63,558 nt of DNA from Gemmatimonadales bacterium (GTDB lineage: Bacteria; Gemmatimonadota; Gemmatimonadetes; Gemmatimonadales; GWC2-71-9), in NCBI GenBank assembly GCA_039917855.1, contig JBDSIR010000107.1, forward strand, positions 1-63,558. The letters run 5' to 3'. Under the pieces are notes generated by a model. The model was given only the letters and a program-made list of their open reading frames with translations. It was not told the origin of the DNA and ran no database searches. This document shows, piece after piece, positions 25,924-34,339 of this stretch. Each line of letters begins with the position of its first letter. The stretch's first letter is position 1. Position numbers and translations under genes: made by a program.

Positions 25924-26372
25924 GGCGCTGGGGCGCTGTGGCGCTGGGGCGGTGGGGGATCCTCGCCGGATTCGTGGCCGGATGCGCGCGTTCGTCGGTC
26001 CAGGTCGGAGGATTTCAGGTCCACGATGCCCGAGCGTTCGAGGCGAAAAGCGGGAGTACGGCGGCGGCATATTTCACCCTTGTCAATCACAGCGACAGCG
26101 CCGACGTGCTCGACAGTGTGACGACGCGCGTGGCGCGCTTCGCGTCGCTCCACGGGCAGAAGACCGAGAACGGTTTCGTCACGATGACCCCCATCGACCG
26201 GCCGACCATCGCCGCGCACGATTCGCTGGTGCTCCAGCCCGGGGGGGCTCATCTGATGCTGGAAAGCGTCGACCGGGATCTCACCGCCGGCCATCAACTT
26301 CCGCTGACCCTCTGGCTCCACCGCGCCGGACGGATAGATGCGACCGCCACCGTGAATCCGTATGGGTCATGA
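25920..26372 (+). CDS. PCu(A)C-type periplasmic copper chaperone (DUF461-like)
   Basis: Frame of ORF 25875-26372. GTG 25920 lies within a GTGA overlap. Lipobox GFVAGC. Motifs AAYFTLVNHSD and LQPGGAHLMLE. Confidence 0.8.
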   Translation: MRRWGAVALGRWGILAGFVAGCARSSVQVGGFQVHDARAFEAKSGSTAAAYFTLVNHSDSADVLDSVTTRVARFASLHGQKTENGFVTMTPIDRPTIAAHDSLVLQPGGAHLMLESVDRDLTAGHQLPLTLWLHRAGRIDATATVNPYGS

Positions 26373-26419
26373 CAGTCGACTCCCGCCTGACCGCCTGACC
26401 GCCCGACCGCCCGACCGCC

Positions 26420-27214
26420 ATGCAATTCTGGTGTAGCGCCACCGGCCTGCCCTGGACCTGGACCTGGCGCGCCTATCCCGGCGCCTGGCTCTTCGTGGTA
26501 CTTCTCGTGCTGGGGTACGTCGCGCTTCGTCGCCGTGCGACCGGCGAATGGCCCCGCTGGCGCGTACTGGTCTTCGCGCTCGGCCTCCTCGGCGTCTGGG
26601 CCGCGATTGATTGGCCGATCGGCACCCTCGGCTCCGGCTACCTGCTGAGCGTGCACGAGGTCCAGTACCTCCTCCTTGGCCTTATCAGCCCGCCACTCCT
26701 CTGGCTCGGCCTGCCGCCGCAGGTCACCCTGGGCGTCGACGCCACCAGCCGAACGGGCCGGATCCTCCGTCTCTGCGCCAAACCGCTGCTGGGTATCGTG
26801 GCGTACCACCTGGCGCTGGTGGTGACCCATTTCCCCCCGCTCAGCGACGCGCTGATGCCGACCCAACTCGGGTCGCTCGCCATCGACCTGACTTGGTTCG
26901 TCGCCGGGCTCTGGTTCTGGTGGGTGGTGGTGGCGCCCGAAGGGATCAATCGGGTCCGGATGCCGCTCAGGATCGCGTACCTCTTCGGGTCGACCGTCCT
27001 GCCGACGATCCCGGCCGCGTTCCTCACCTTCGCCAGCTATCCGCTCTACCGACTGTACGAGCTTGCCCCCCCGGTGGGGCAGATCACGGCGCGTGCCGAC
27101 CAGCAGACCGCCGGCATCATCATGAAGCTCGGTGCCGACCCGGTGATCTGGCTGGCGATGGGGATCTTGTTCTTCCGCTGGAGCGCCGCCGAGGGGGACC
27201 GGCATCCCAACTAG
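26420..27214 (+). CDS. Cytochrome c oxidase assembly factor CtaG (caa3-type) membrane protein
   Basis: ORF 26420-27214(+). Multi-pass membrane protein starting MQFWCSATGLPWTWTWRAYPGAWLF, resembling the Caa3_CtaG family. Context is a copper-delivery cluster. Confidence 0.7.
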   Translation: MQFWCSATGLPWTWTWRAYPGAWLFVVLLVLGYVALRRRATGEWPRWRVLVFALGLLGVWAAIDWPIGTLGSGYLLSVHEVQYLLLGLISPPLLWLGLPPQVTLGVDATSRTGRILRLCAKPLLGIVAYHLALVVTHFPPLSDALMPTQLGSLAIDLTWFVAGLWFWWVVVAPEGINRVRMPLRIAYLFGSTVLPTIPAAFLTFASYPLYRLYELAPPVGQITARADQQTAGIIMKLGADPVIWLAMGILFFRWSAAEGDRHPN

Positions 27215-27225
27215 GCAGGGGAACC

Positions 27226-27437
27226 GCAACTGACTGCCGCGAAAGCGCGAAATGACCGCGAAAGCGCGGAATGTTCCCGGCACCATTTGGCATCTCTTCA
27301 GGCGGCCGTCAGTGGGATTATTGTGGTCCCACGAGGAGCTCGGTGCCGCACCCACAAATCAGATCGTTCAATAGCGCGGAGTTCGACACGGCGTGGAGCA
27401 TTTCGCGCTTTCTGTAGTTGTTCCGCGTTTTCGCGAC
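27226..27437. repeat. 212-bp inverted-repeat element with CGCGAAAG-type STR arms and a lower-GC core
   Basis: Left arm GCAACTGACTGCCGCGAAAGCGCGAAATGACCGCGAAAGCGCGGAATG (27226-27273). Right arm CATTTCGCGCTTTCTGTAGTTGTTCCGCGTTTTCGCGACAGTCAGTTGC (27389-27437). The terminal 11 nt are perfectly complementary. Lies between convergent genes. Confidence 0.8.
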
Positions 27438-27477
27438 AGTCAGTTGCTTTTGCCGTCACTGCATCGAGTGCCTGTGG

Positions 27478-28170
27478 TCAGTGCCGCGCACCGAGTCGCA
27501 GCGAGACCCCGACCTGACCAGTGAGATCCGCGTACTGGGCGGACGGTCGCCAGGACAGCCCCAGGGAATAGGCGACGCGGTCGGACGCGGGGAGGCGGAA
27601 CTCGCCGAAGACGCCACCGTTGTGGCTTTCATCGCTGTAGAGCCCGTGGGTGTATCCGATGAACCCTCCCCTGCGGGACTGAAGTCCCTCGCCCCAGGCC
27701 CACCCCAGCTTTGCATCGCCGAGCAGGGGCCCCGTCGCCTCCGGTCGCATCGCGTCGAATCGGAAGTGTCCTTTGTCCCGGGAGCCGACCCGCAGGTAGG
27801 CGGACGGTACGAGCTCCCCGCCGATCTGCGCCGCGCCGAATCCGATGCCGAACTTCATTTCTTCCCCTGCCACTTGGATCGCAGCGGTCCCGCCATCATA
27901 GCGGGCCCCATCGTCATGGACGCCGACCGCGGCCGAGATGCGGACGTCCGGCGCCGGCCAATAGTCGGCCGAGGCGCCAGCGGCCTGGACCTTGTGCGGG
28001 TGGGCCTCGAGCACCTCTCCGGCACAGCCGAGGATCCGTTCTTCGTACTGGCCCCCGCCGCCGGCGATGGTGATCCGATACCCGGTGCCATCATCCGTGG
28101 GGCGGATCTCGAACGGCGCCGCCTGGATGATGAAGAGCAGGGCGGGGGCGCGGAGGTAGGTCAGATTCAC
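27478..28170 (-). CDS. Hypothetical protein, possibly a beta-barrel (230 aa)
   Basis: ORF 27478-28170(-). GC-rich third positions and balanced composition (Y/F/K/W). The overlapping 339-aa plus-strand ORF is R/G/P-rich and shadow-like. Confidence 0.55.
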   Translation of the reverse strand: MNLTYLRAPALLFIIQAAPFEIRPTDDGTGYRITIAGGGGQYEERILGCAGEVLEAHPHKVQAAGASADYWPAPDVRISAAVGVHDDGARYDGGTAAIQVAGEEMKFGIGFGAAQIGGELVPSAYLRVGSRDKGHFRFDAMRPEATGPLLGDAKLGWAWGEGLQSRRGGFIGYTHGLYSDESHNGGVFGEFRLPASDRVAYSLGLSWRPSAQYADLTGQVGVSLRLGARH

Positions 28171-28255
28171 AGATCACCTCTGGGAAAGAGTCGCCCCAAG
28201 GTTCTTCTGTGGCCGTCAAGCGGGTGTCAAGAAGACCGGGCCCGGGTGCGGTCGA

Positions 28256-30193
28256 TCAATGCCGCGCGTCAAGCGCCAGGCAGAGCTCTGACAGGTGGGC
28301 CACGAAGCCCGCTATGTGATCGGGCGCCGGCGGCGGATCGGCGAGGAAGGGATTCATCACCGTCATCCGCAGTACCACGAGCCCGGCCCTTCCCTCCGCG
28401 CGCCACGCGTCGATCGGCCCGACCCCGAGCTCCTTGAGCAATGGCCCGATCGCCCCATCGTACGTCGGGGTGGTCAGCCGCGTGCGCGTCAGGAAGTAGG
28501 GAGGAGGCACGCTTCCCGGAGAACCGCTCAACTGGCGGTAGAGTCGTTCATTGAACTCATTCACCTCGGCCAGAGTCTGATGGCCCGGCCCGCGGACGGT
28601 GAAGTTCACGATGTTGAGGTCGGGACGGGGGAGCATCACGGCGTGGCACCCCGACAGATCCGCTTCGGCGAGTGCCGCGTGCAGCCGGCGCGCGCCGACC
28701 ACGGTGCGCTCGATCAGGTGGCCGTACCCGTGCTCGTGGAGCGGCACCACCTTGTGGCTGAGCCAGGTGCCGGCCGCCGAGGCGCCGGGGCGCGACCCTT
28801 CCAGACTGTAGCGCCCGAGGAAGCGCTCCTCTGAAGCGTTCGCGGCGGCGGTGGGGACGAGGTACGGCGGATCGAGCGCGACGAGTTCACGCGCGCGGCG
28901 GTCACGAAGCAGGAACGCTCCTGCCGCGTAAGGGACGTAGCCGAGTTTGTGCGGGTCGATCGAGACGGAGTCGGTCTGACCCAGCGCCACCATCCCCTCG
29001 ACCCAGCCTTCTTCGGGCCACGAGATGCCCGTTGTCCGACGGATCTCCTCCGCGGTCCGACGGGTGCCATCCTGTCGCCACGTCACCGCCGCCGCATAGC
29101 CGCCGTAACAAGCGTCGCTGTGGAGGTGGAACGCCAGGCCGAGTTCCTTGCGAGCACGGTCCCGCACCTCGACGATGTGGTCGAGGCGGTCGAACGCGCT
29201 CTCTTCCGTCGTCCCGCAAACGCTCACCAGCGCCAGCACCGGTGTCCGCCGCTTGGCGTAGCCGGCGAGCTGGTCCCAGAGCGCGTCGGGGTCCATGCGG
29301 CAGTGGGAATCGACCGGAACGAAGCGGAGCTGCTGTCCGCCGATGCCCAGGGCGCGGACGATCTTCTCCCATGAGTAGTGGGCGGTCGCGGCCACGAGCA
29401 CCACCGCGGCCGGGAGGGGGTCGCCGTAGGTGCGGGCCAGCTGCATCGAGTAGTCCTGGTACCCCATCGTGGCCAGGGAGTGGGCATCCAGTGCGGCGCG
29501 GGCCTGCTCCTTGGGCACCGCGGCGTGGAAGGCATCGAGCAGGTCGAGGGCCGCGCCGGGGTCGAGGTTGCTCGCCTGCCAGAGGTCGAGCTTCGAGAGC
29601 GGCGCGCGGGTGCCATCGGGGAGCGTCGCTTGGAGCGTGACGCCGAGCGCGCGCGCGGCGCCCGCCACCGCGAGGGGGAGGTAGTGGGTGTTCCGGGCGA
29701 TCCAGATCGCCTCGAAGTTCGCCAGCGTGCCGCCGGAGGTGAGATGCCCCCAGGTGCTGGCGGGGGGATAGCCCACCATCCGTGCCAGGTCGGCGGCCAC
29801 CTCGAGTTCAAGTGCCGTCGTCGCCGGCGAAGTCTCGGCCGCGACGTTGTTCGGATTGTACAGCATCGCGGCGAAATATCCGACCTGCGCCGCGATCGTC
29901 TGTTCGTACAGCATATGGCCGAGGTAGCGGCCGCTGAAGAAGGGGAGATCCTGCTTCAGGCGGGCGAGGAGCGTGGTGAGCCCCTGGGTCAGCACCCCGG
30001 TGGCGTCGACGTAGCCGGGGCGACGCTTGTCGTTCTCGCTGACCACCACGCCATCCTCGGGGTGGAAATTGCGGCGCCAGAAGACGTGGTCGCGGAGCGC
30101 TTCGACAACGAGGCGCTCCATCAGATCGGCGTTCTCGGCCCGGGGTCCGAGGAACCAGGCGCGCTGGGCGTCGCGGGGATTGGCAGGCATCAA
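28256..30193 (-). CDS. Large pyridoxal-phosphate-dependent (group II-like) decarboxylase family protein (645 aa)
   Basis: ORF 28256-30193(-). PLP-lysine context SVSIDPHKLGYVPYAAGAF. Motifs HLTSGGTLANFEAIW and HLHSDACYGGY. Confidence 0.75.
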   Translation of the reverse strand: MMPANPRDAQRAWFLGPRAENADLMERLVVEALRDHVFWRRNFHPEDGVVVSENDKRRPGYVDATGVLTQGLTTLLARLKQDLPFFSGRYLGHMLYEQTIAAQVGYFAAMLYNPNNVAAETSPATTALELEVAADLARMVGYPPASTWGHLTSGGTLANFEAIWIARNTHYLPLAVAGAARALGVTLQATLPDGTRAPLSKLDLWQASNLDPGAALDLLDAFHAAVPKEQARAALDAHSLATMGYQDYSMQLARTYGDPLPAAVVLVAATAHYSWEKIVRALGIGGQQLRFVPVDSHCRMDPDALWDQLAGYAKRRTPVLALVSVCGTTEESAFDRLDHIVEVRDRARKELGLAFHLHSDACYGGYAAAVTWRQDGTRRTAEEIRRTTGISWPEEGWVEGMVALGQTDSVSIDPHKLGYVPYAAGAFLLRDRRARELVALDPPYLVPTAAANASEERFLGRYSLEGSRPGASAAGTWLSHKVVPLHEHGYGHLIERTVVGARRLHAALAEADLSGCHAVMLPRPDLNIVNFTVRGPGHQTLAEVNEFNERLYRQLSGSPGSVPPPYFLTRTRLTTPTYDGAIGPLLKELGVGPIDAWRAEGRAGLVVLRMTVMNPFLADPPPAPDHIAGFVAHLSELCLALDARH

Positions 30194-30296
30194 TGAATGA
30201 AGCAGCAGACGGTATGGTCCATCGTGAAGGGGTCGTGAAGGAATCTTCCGAAAGGCGCTTGGAAGGCGCCCAATCTGGGGCTAAACTCCTGTCCAG

Positions 30297-31415
30297 ATGC
30301 TTCTGGCCCTCTGGTTGCTCCAAGCCACCCCTCCCGCTGCGTTCCCCGCGATGCACCGCACCCAGCCACGTGACTGGGTCGATGCGGGGCACATCGCGCC
30401 GTACTCGGCGGCGGTGTTCGCGCGGGCCCGGGCGGAGCTTGCCGCCGAGCCCCCGCCGGAGCCTCCTGCCGCTCGGCCGCGAGACATCCGGCTCTGGCGC
30501 CCCACCTCGGTCGCATTCGCCATCGAGGGCGTGTCGCGGACCCTCCTCGCCGCGCGGGCCGTGCGCCGTCTGCGCGAACCGGTGCCGCCGATCGCACGGA
30601 TCTGGCCGACCCTCCCGGACCCCCGGCCCGACGCGATCCTGCCGCACCGCAGGATCATCGCGTTCTATGGAACGCCGCGGTCGACCCGGATGGGGATCCT
30701 CGGAGAACTTCCGCCGGAACAGATGATGGCGCGTCTGGAGCAAGTGGCCGCGGAGTGGACCGCCGCCGATCCATCGACCCCGGCGGTGCCGGCGCTGCAT
30801 CTCATCGCCACCGTAGCGCACGCCGGGCCCGGCGCCGATGGCAAGTACCGGATCCGCCACGGTGCCGATGTCATCGAACAGGTGATCGGATGGGCCGACT
30901 CGAAGGGGTGGCTCGTCTTCCTCGACATCCAGGTAGGACAGAGCACCGTCGAGGCCGAGCTGCCGCGACTGCTGCCCTATCTCGCGCGGCCGAATGTGCA
31001 CCTCGCGCTCGATCCCGAATTCGCGATGAAGGATGGCCGGCTCCCGGGGCGGTATATCGGCACCATGGATGCGACCGAGGTGAACCACGCCGTGGCCATT
31101 CTGGCGCGGCTGGTGGACTCGCTCCGCCTGCCGCCCAAGGTGATCGTGGTGCATCGGTTCACCCACGACATGCTCACCAACGCCCGCGCGATCCGGGTCG
31201 ATCCGCAGGGACGGGTGCAGGTCGTGATCGACATGGATGGGTTCGGCACGCCGAGCGGGAAGCTCGGTATCTGGCGCCAGGTCATCCTGCGTTGGCCGGT
31301 GCAGTACACCGGCCTCAAACTCTTCACCAAGAGCCGGAACGACACGCCGATGATGGGACCGGGCGAGGTGCTGGAACGGTTCTGGCCGGCGCCGTCGTAC
31401 ATCCAGTATCAGTAG
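30297..31415 (+). CDS. Conserved hypothetical protein (372 aa), function unknown
   Basis: ORF 30297-31415(+). Coding-like composition. The segment GWLVFLDIQVGQSTVEAELPRLLPYLARPNVHLALDPEF hints at a TIM-barrel hydrolase-like fold, but I cannot name a family. Confidence 0.6.
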   Translation: MLLALWLLQATPPAAFPAMHRTQPRDWVDAGHIAPYSAAVFARARAELAAEPPPEPPAARPRDIRLWRPTSVAFAIEGVSRTLLAARAVRRLREPVPPIARIWPTLPDPRPDAILPHRRIIAFYGTPRSTRMGILGELPPEQMMARLEQVAAEWTAADPSTPAVPALHLIATVAHAGPGADGKYRIRHGADVIEQVIGWADSKGWLVFLDIQVGQSTVEAELPRLLPYLARPNVHLALDPEFAMKDGRLPGRYIGTMDATEVNHAVAILARLVDSLRLPPKVIVVHRFTHDMLTNARAIRVDPQGRVQVVIDMDGFGTPSGKLGIWRQVILRWPVQYTGLKLFTKSRNDTPMMGPGEVLERFWPAPSYIQYQ

Positions 31416-31614
31416 GCGCGAAAGGCGCGAAAGGCGCGAAAGAGGACCCGCGGAGCGGCGGAAGATCTGCGCAACCTGTCATCCTGAGGGGGCGAAAGCC
31501 CCCGAAGGATCTCCGCCGTCCTTGGTGGGATCTGCAGGAGAGGGCATGCACGAATGGGGATCTCGGTAGCGCGGCCCGGAGATCCTTCGAGGGCTGAAGC
31601 CCTCTCAGGATGAC
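31416..31614. repeat. GGCGCGAAA STR followed by a long REP-like hairpin (variant core)
   Basis: (GGCGCGAAA)x3 at 31416-31443. Hairpin GTCATCCTGAG...CTCAGGATGAC at 31478-31614, with sub-hairpins GGGGGCGAAAGCCCCC and GAGGGCTGAAGCCCTC. Confidence 0.75.
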
Positions 31615-31662
31615 ACGGGTGGGGTGGTCTGGAGCGGCTTCGCCGGCCCTTCGCGGCTCCCT

Positions 31663-31689
31663 TTGAGGCCGGGGTCCCCCCGCTATATT
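31663..31689 (+). promoter_or_regulatory. Candidate sigma70-like promoter for tRNA-Cys
   Basis: TATATT at 31684-31689, ending 10 nt before the mature tRNA 5' end. TTGAGG at 31663-31668, with a short 15-nt spacer. Weak evidence from sequence inspection only. Confidence 0.3.
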
Positions 31690-31699
31690 TGGCCCGCAC

Positions 31700-31770
<71 letters not shown>

Positions 31771-31778
31771 CTTTGACA

Positions 31779-31846
31779 GTCCACAGACGCTGGAGTCGCC
31801 AAAGGCGCTCAGGATCCAAGCCCGGGCGCCTTTGGCGTCTCTGGAC
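31779..31846 (+). terminator. Two-tier hairpin 3' of tRNA-Cys
   Basis: GTCCACAGACGC..CGCCAAAGGCGC-loop-GCGCCTTTGGCG-TCTCTGGAC. The inner 12 bp are perfect and the outer 12 bp have one mismatch. No U-tract. Confidence 0.45.
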
Positions 31847-31946
31847 TCTCTTCCCTCACCCCTCTGTCATCCCCCTGTAATCACAAAGGTCGGTCTCCGG
31901 TCATCTCCCGTGCGCAATGTGTGATCGAGCCCTTGCCACGGATGGT

Positions 31947-32612
31947 CCCATGCCTACCTTCGCTCTCGCCGAGCCGCAGTCGTCTTTCGTTGCGGCGCTC
32001 CCGTCGACACTCGTTCATGCCGCCCTGATCTGGGCCGCCATCTGGGCCTCGCAGGCCACGGTGGCCGCAGTCAGCGGTGATCCGATCCAAGTAAGCATCG
32101 CGTGGCCGGTACAGACCACCACACATCCGGTGGTTTCGACCCCGACGCCTGCGCTGCCGGCTGCGCCGATCGTGAGCGTACCGGTCCTGCCGCCGATCCC
32201 GACCACGGAGCCTTCACCGGTCCTTCCGGGCACTCCGCGGATCGACCCGACGACCCTCACGCCCGACACTCCGCCCGGCGTTCCCTTCGTGCCCGGGGGA
32301 GATCCCGGCTCCGCGGCGGCGATCTTCCGCGAGGCCGAGGTGGACGAGCTGCCGGCGCTCCTGGCCGCAGGTCGGCTGCGCTATCCTGCGGTCCTGGCGG
32401 AATCAGGGATTGCGGGCTCGGTCACGCTGGCGTTCGTGATCGACGTGGAAGGGAGCGTAGAAGCTGGGGCGTTCGAAGTGCTGGCCGCGACCCACCAGGG
32501 GTTCGTCGCTGCGGCCGTGGAGGCGGTAGTGACCAGCCGATTCCGTCCGGCGCGAAAGGGGGGCGTAGCGGTGCGGGTGCGAGTGCGCCAGACGGTCACT
32601 TTCCGGCGGTGA
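31947..32612 (+). CDS. TonB-family energy transducer (C-terminal TonB domain)
   Basis: Frame of ORF 31917-32612. Start at ATG 31947 (MPTFALAEP), with 31917 as an alternative. TM helix LVHAALIWAAIWA. Pro-rich spacer. C-terminal domain RLRYPAVLAESGIAGSVTLAFVIDVEGSV.. Confidence 0.75.
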   Translation, partial: PMPTFALAEPQSSFVAALPSTLVHAALIWAAIWASQATVAAVSGDPIQVSIAWPVQTTTHPVVSTPTPALPAAPIVSVPVLPPIPTTEPSPVLPGTPRIDPTTLTPDTPPGVPFVPGGDPGSAAAIFREAEVDELPALLAAGRLRYPAVLAESGIAGSVTLAFVIDVEGSVEAGAFEVLAATHQGFVAAAVEAVVTSRFRPARKGGVAVRVRVRQTVTFRR

Positions 32613-32639
32613 CACATCGCTGACGGTATGGAACAACAT

Positions 32640-32879
32640 GCGCGCGAACCCATGATGGACCGAACCCACGTGGTTTCGGCCCATCGGTCGATATCACCGC
32701 GGGGATCAAGCCTGTCCGAGCCAAGAACTTGGGATTCCCACGAACCCAGGAAAAGTTCGTGTGGTTCCACAGCTGAACTCCTTTTGAAACCACATACGAT
32801 TCTGAGGAGCCAGACCGTTCAGCGATGTGGGCCAGTGGACGAGAGCCTCGTGGGTTCGGTCCATCATGGGTTCGCGCGC
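32640..32879. mobile_element. 240-bp MITE-like element bounded by perfect 31-nt terminal inverted repeats
   Basis: GCGCGCGAACCCATGATGGACCGAACCCACG at 32640-32670, with its exact reverse complement at 32849-32879. The interior has visibly lower GC. No ORF with coding character. Confidence 0.6.
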
Positions 32880-32942
32880 CCAAGATCTGTGATCGTGGCT
32901 GCCCTGTGCGCCCGAGACCGCTCCAGCCGTCTATTATTCACT

Positions 32943-34073
32943 ATGCGCCCAGCCCTTTGGACCGCGACCCTCCTGCTCGCCGCCTGCGGTCACTCCGAGG
33001 TCGCCTCGGTGGAGCCCCCGGACAATCCCCCCCTGGGGGCGGGGACGTGGCCACGCGCGATCACCTTCAGCACCTTCGACGACCGCCACCCGCAGTGGCT
33101 CCCCGACGGGTCCGGCATCGTCTACTCGACCGAACGGGGCGACCACCAGAGCGACCGCGATCGCTGCCTCGCGCTGCTCCCCGCCGACGGGGGCACCCAG
33201 CGCTGGCGGGACTGCGAGCATGACGGGCGCCACATCGGCGACACCACCGATGTCTGGGAGTGGCCCTCGGTGGCCCCCGACGGTCAGGTCTTCTTCATCA
33301 GGACGACGGGATGGAGCCAGGCCAAGAAGCTCGGCTTCCCCCGGATCGCGCTCTCCACCGGTTGGGACCTCGAACACGCCCGCAAGGTCCGCTCGCTCCC
33401 CTTCATCGCCACCAGCGGCCGGACCCAGACCCTCGCCTGGACCCCGCGCTGGCTCGCCCCCGACCAGGTCGCCTACCTGGGCGTGCTGGAATTCTTCGAA
33501 GGCTCCACCTTCCTGCCCGACACGTTCTTCACCGGGCAGGACATCATGCTCCTCCACCTGATCGACGACTCGACCTCGAACTTCACCGTCGTCCCCGGCA
33601 CTGCCTACGCCTCTTCGGTCGCGGTCGATGCCGATCCAGACGCGCTCTACTACACCATCGGCGGCGAGTCGATCGTGTACCGCCGGCACCTTGCCAGCGG
33701 TGTGATCGACACCGTGCATAACTTCGGCTCGGGCCGGATCGTGCGCGACGTGTCGGTGCGGGGGAACACCCTCGTCGGCATCGTGGGGCAAAGTGTGGTC
33801 TGGCAGAACGAGGCGGCGCACGGCTGGGTGCAGCGCGACGAGGGCGGGGATATCGCGGTGGTCGATCTGACCACGGGGGCCGAGCTCCTCTACACCCGGG
33901 CACCGGTCTGGCTCTTCCGCCACCCTGAGATCAGCCCCGACGGGACTCGGCTCGTGGTCGAAGTACAACCCTTCGCCCTTCCGGTGCTCGGCCCCAACTC
34001 GAATTTCAACGCGACCAATCACCGGGCGGATCTCTGGCTCTTCTCGCTGCAGGATGCGCCGTTGGGACCGTAG
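32943..34073 (+). CDS. TolB-like beta-propeller lipoprotein
   Basis: Frame of ORF 32628-34073. Start at ATG 32943 (MRPALWTATLLLAAC lipobox). Repeated motifs of the type P.WSPDG..I.Y/F (HPQWLPDGSGIVYS, WPSVAPDGQVFF, HPEISPDGTRLV). Confidence 0.75.
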   Translation: MRPALWTATLLLAACGHSEVASVEPPDNPPLGAGTWPRAITFSTFDDRHPQWLPDGSGIVYSTERGDHQSDRDRCLALLPADGGTQRWRDCEHDGRHIGDTTDVWEWPSVAPDGQVFFIRTTGWSQAKKLGFPRIALSTGWDLEHARKVRSLPFIATSGRTQTLAWTPRWLAPDQVAYLGVLEFFEGSTFLPDTFFTGQDIMLLHLIDDSTSNFTVVPGTAYASSVAVDADPDALYYTIGGESIVYRRHLASGVIDTVHNFGSGRIVRDVSVRGNTLVGIVGQSVVWQNEAAHGWVQRDEGGDIAVVDLTTGAELLYTRAPVWLFRHPEISPDGTRLVVEVQPFALPVLGPNSNFNATNHRADLWLFSLQDAPLGP

Positions 34074-34339
34074 TGGGCCGGCGGGCCGGTGGGCCGGTGG
34101 GCCGGTGGGCCAGTGGGCCAGTGGGCCAGTGGGCCAGTGGGCAAGACGGCAAGACGGTAAGTGGGCAAATGGTGTGAAGGAGCCGTCCCGAACGAAGTGA
34201 GGGAGCTACCCAGTCGAGAGTAGGTCCCTCATTCCATTCGGGACGGCTCCGTGTGCGAACTTACCGCCTTACCGCCCCTTCCCCGCGGCCGAGTCGCGCT
34301 GCGCGCTCCTATGGGCCGCTTCGGTCGCCGCCTTGCCGC
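34073..34339. repeat. Composite element: GTGGGCCG STR / REP-like core hairpin / CTTACCGC STR / ~75-nt conserved module
   Basis: STR at 34073-34172. Core GGAGCCGTCCCGAAC..GAGGGAGCTAC..GTAGGTCCCTC..TTCGGGACGGCTCC at 34179-34250. STR at 34260-34278. The module at 34275-34339 matches 18569-18633. Confidence 0.8.

Noticed and set aside
27418-28437. 339-aa plus-strand ORF overlapping the 27478-28170 minus-strand gene and the decarboxylase 3' end
   Set aside because: It has R/G/P/A-rich, shadow-like composition and starts inside the inverted-repeat element. The minus-strand frame has better codon third-position GC and amino-acid balance.
31771-32640. Possible genomic island or prophage integrated at tRNA-Cys
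   Set aside because: There is no integrase, no repeat of the tRNA 3' end and no compositional break. The downstream genes (TonB-like, TolB-like) look like ordinary chromosomal envelope genes.
34073-34172. Short tandem arrays considered as possible CRISPR arrays (also at 1-120 and 14495-14546)
   Set aside because: The units are only 7-9 nt with no unique spacers and no cas genes. They are microsatellite-like arms of palindromic elements.
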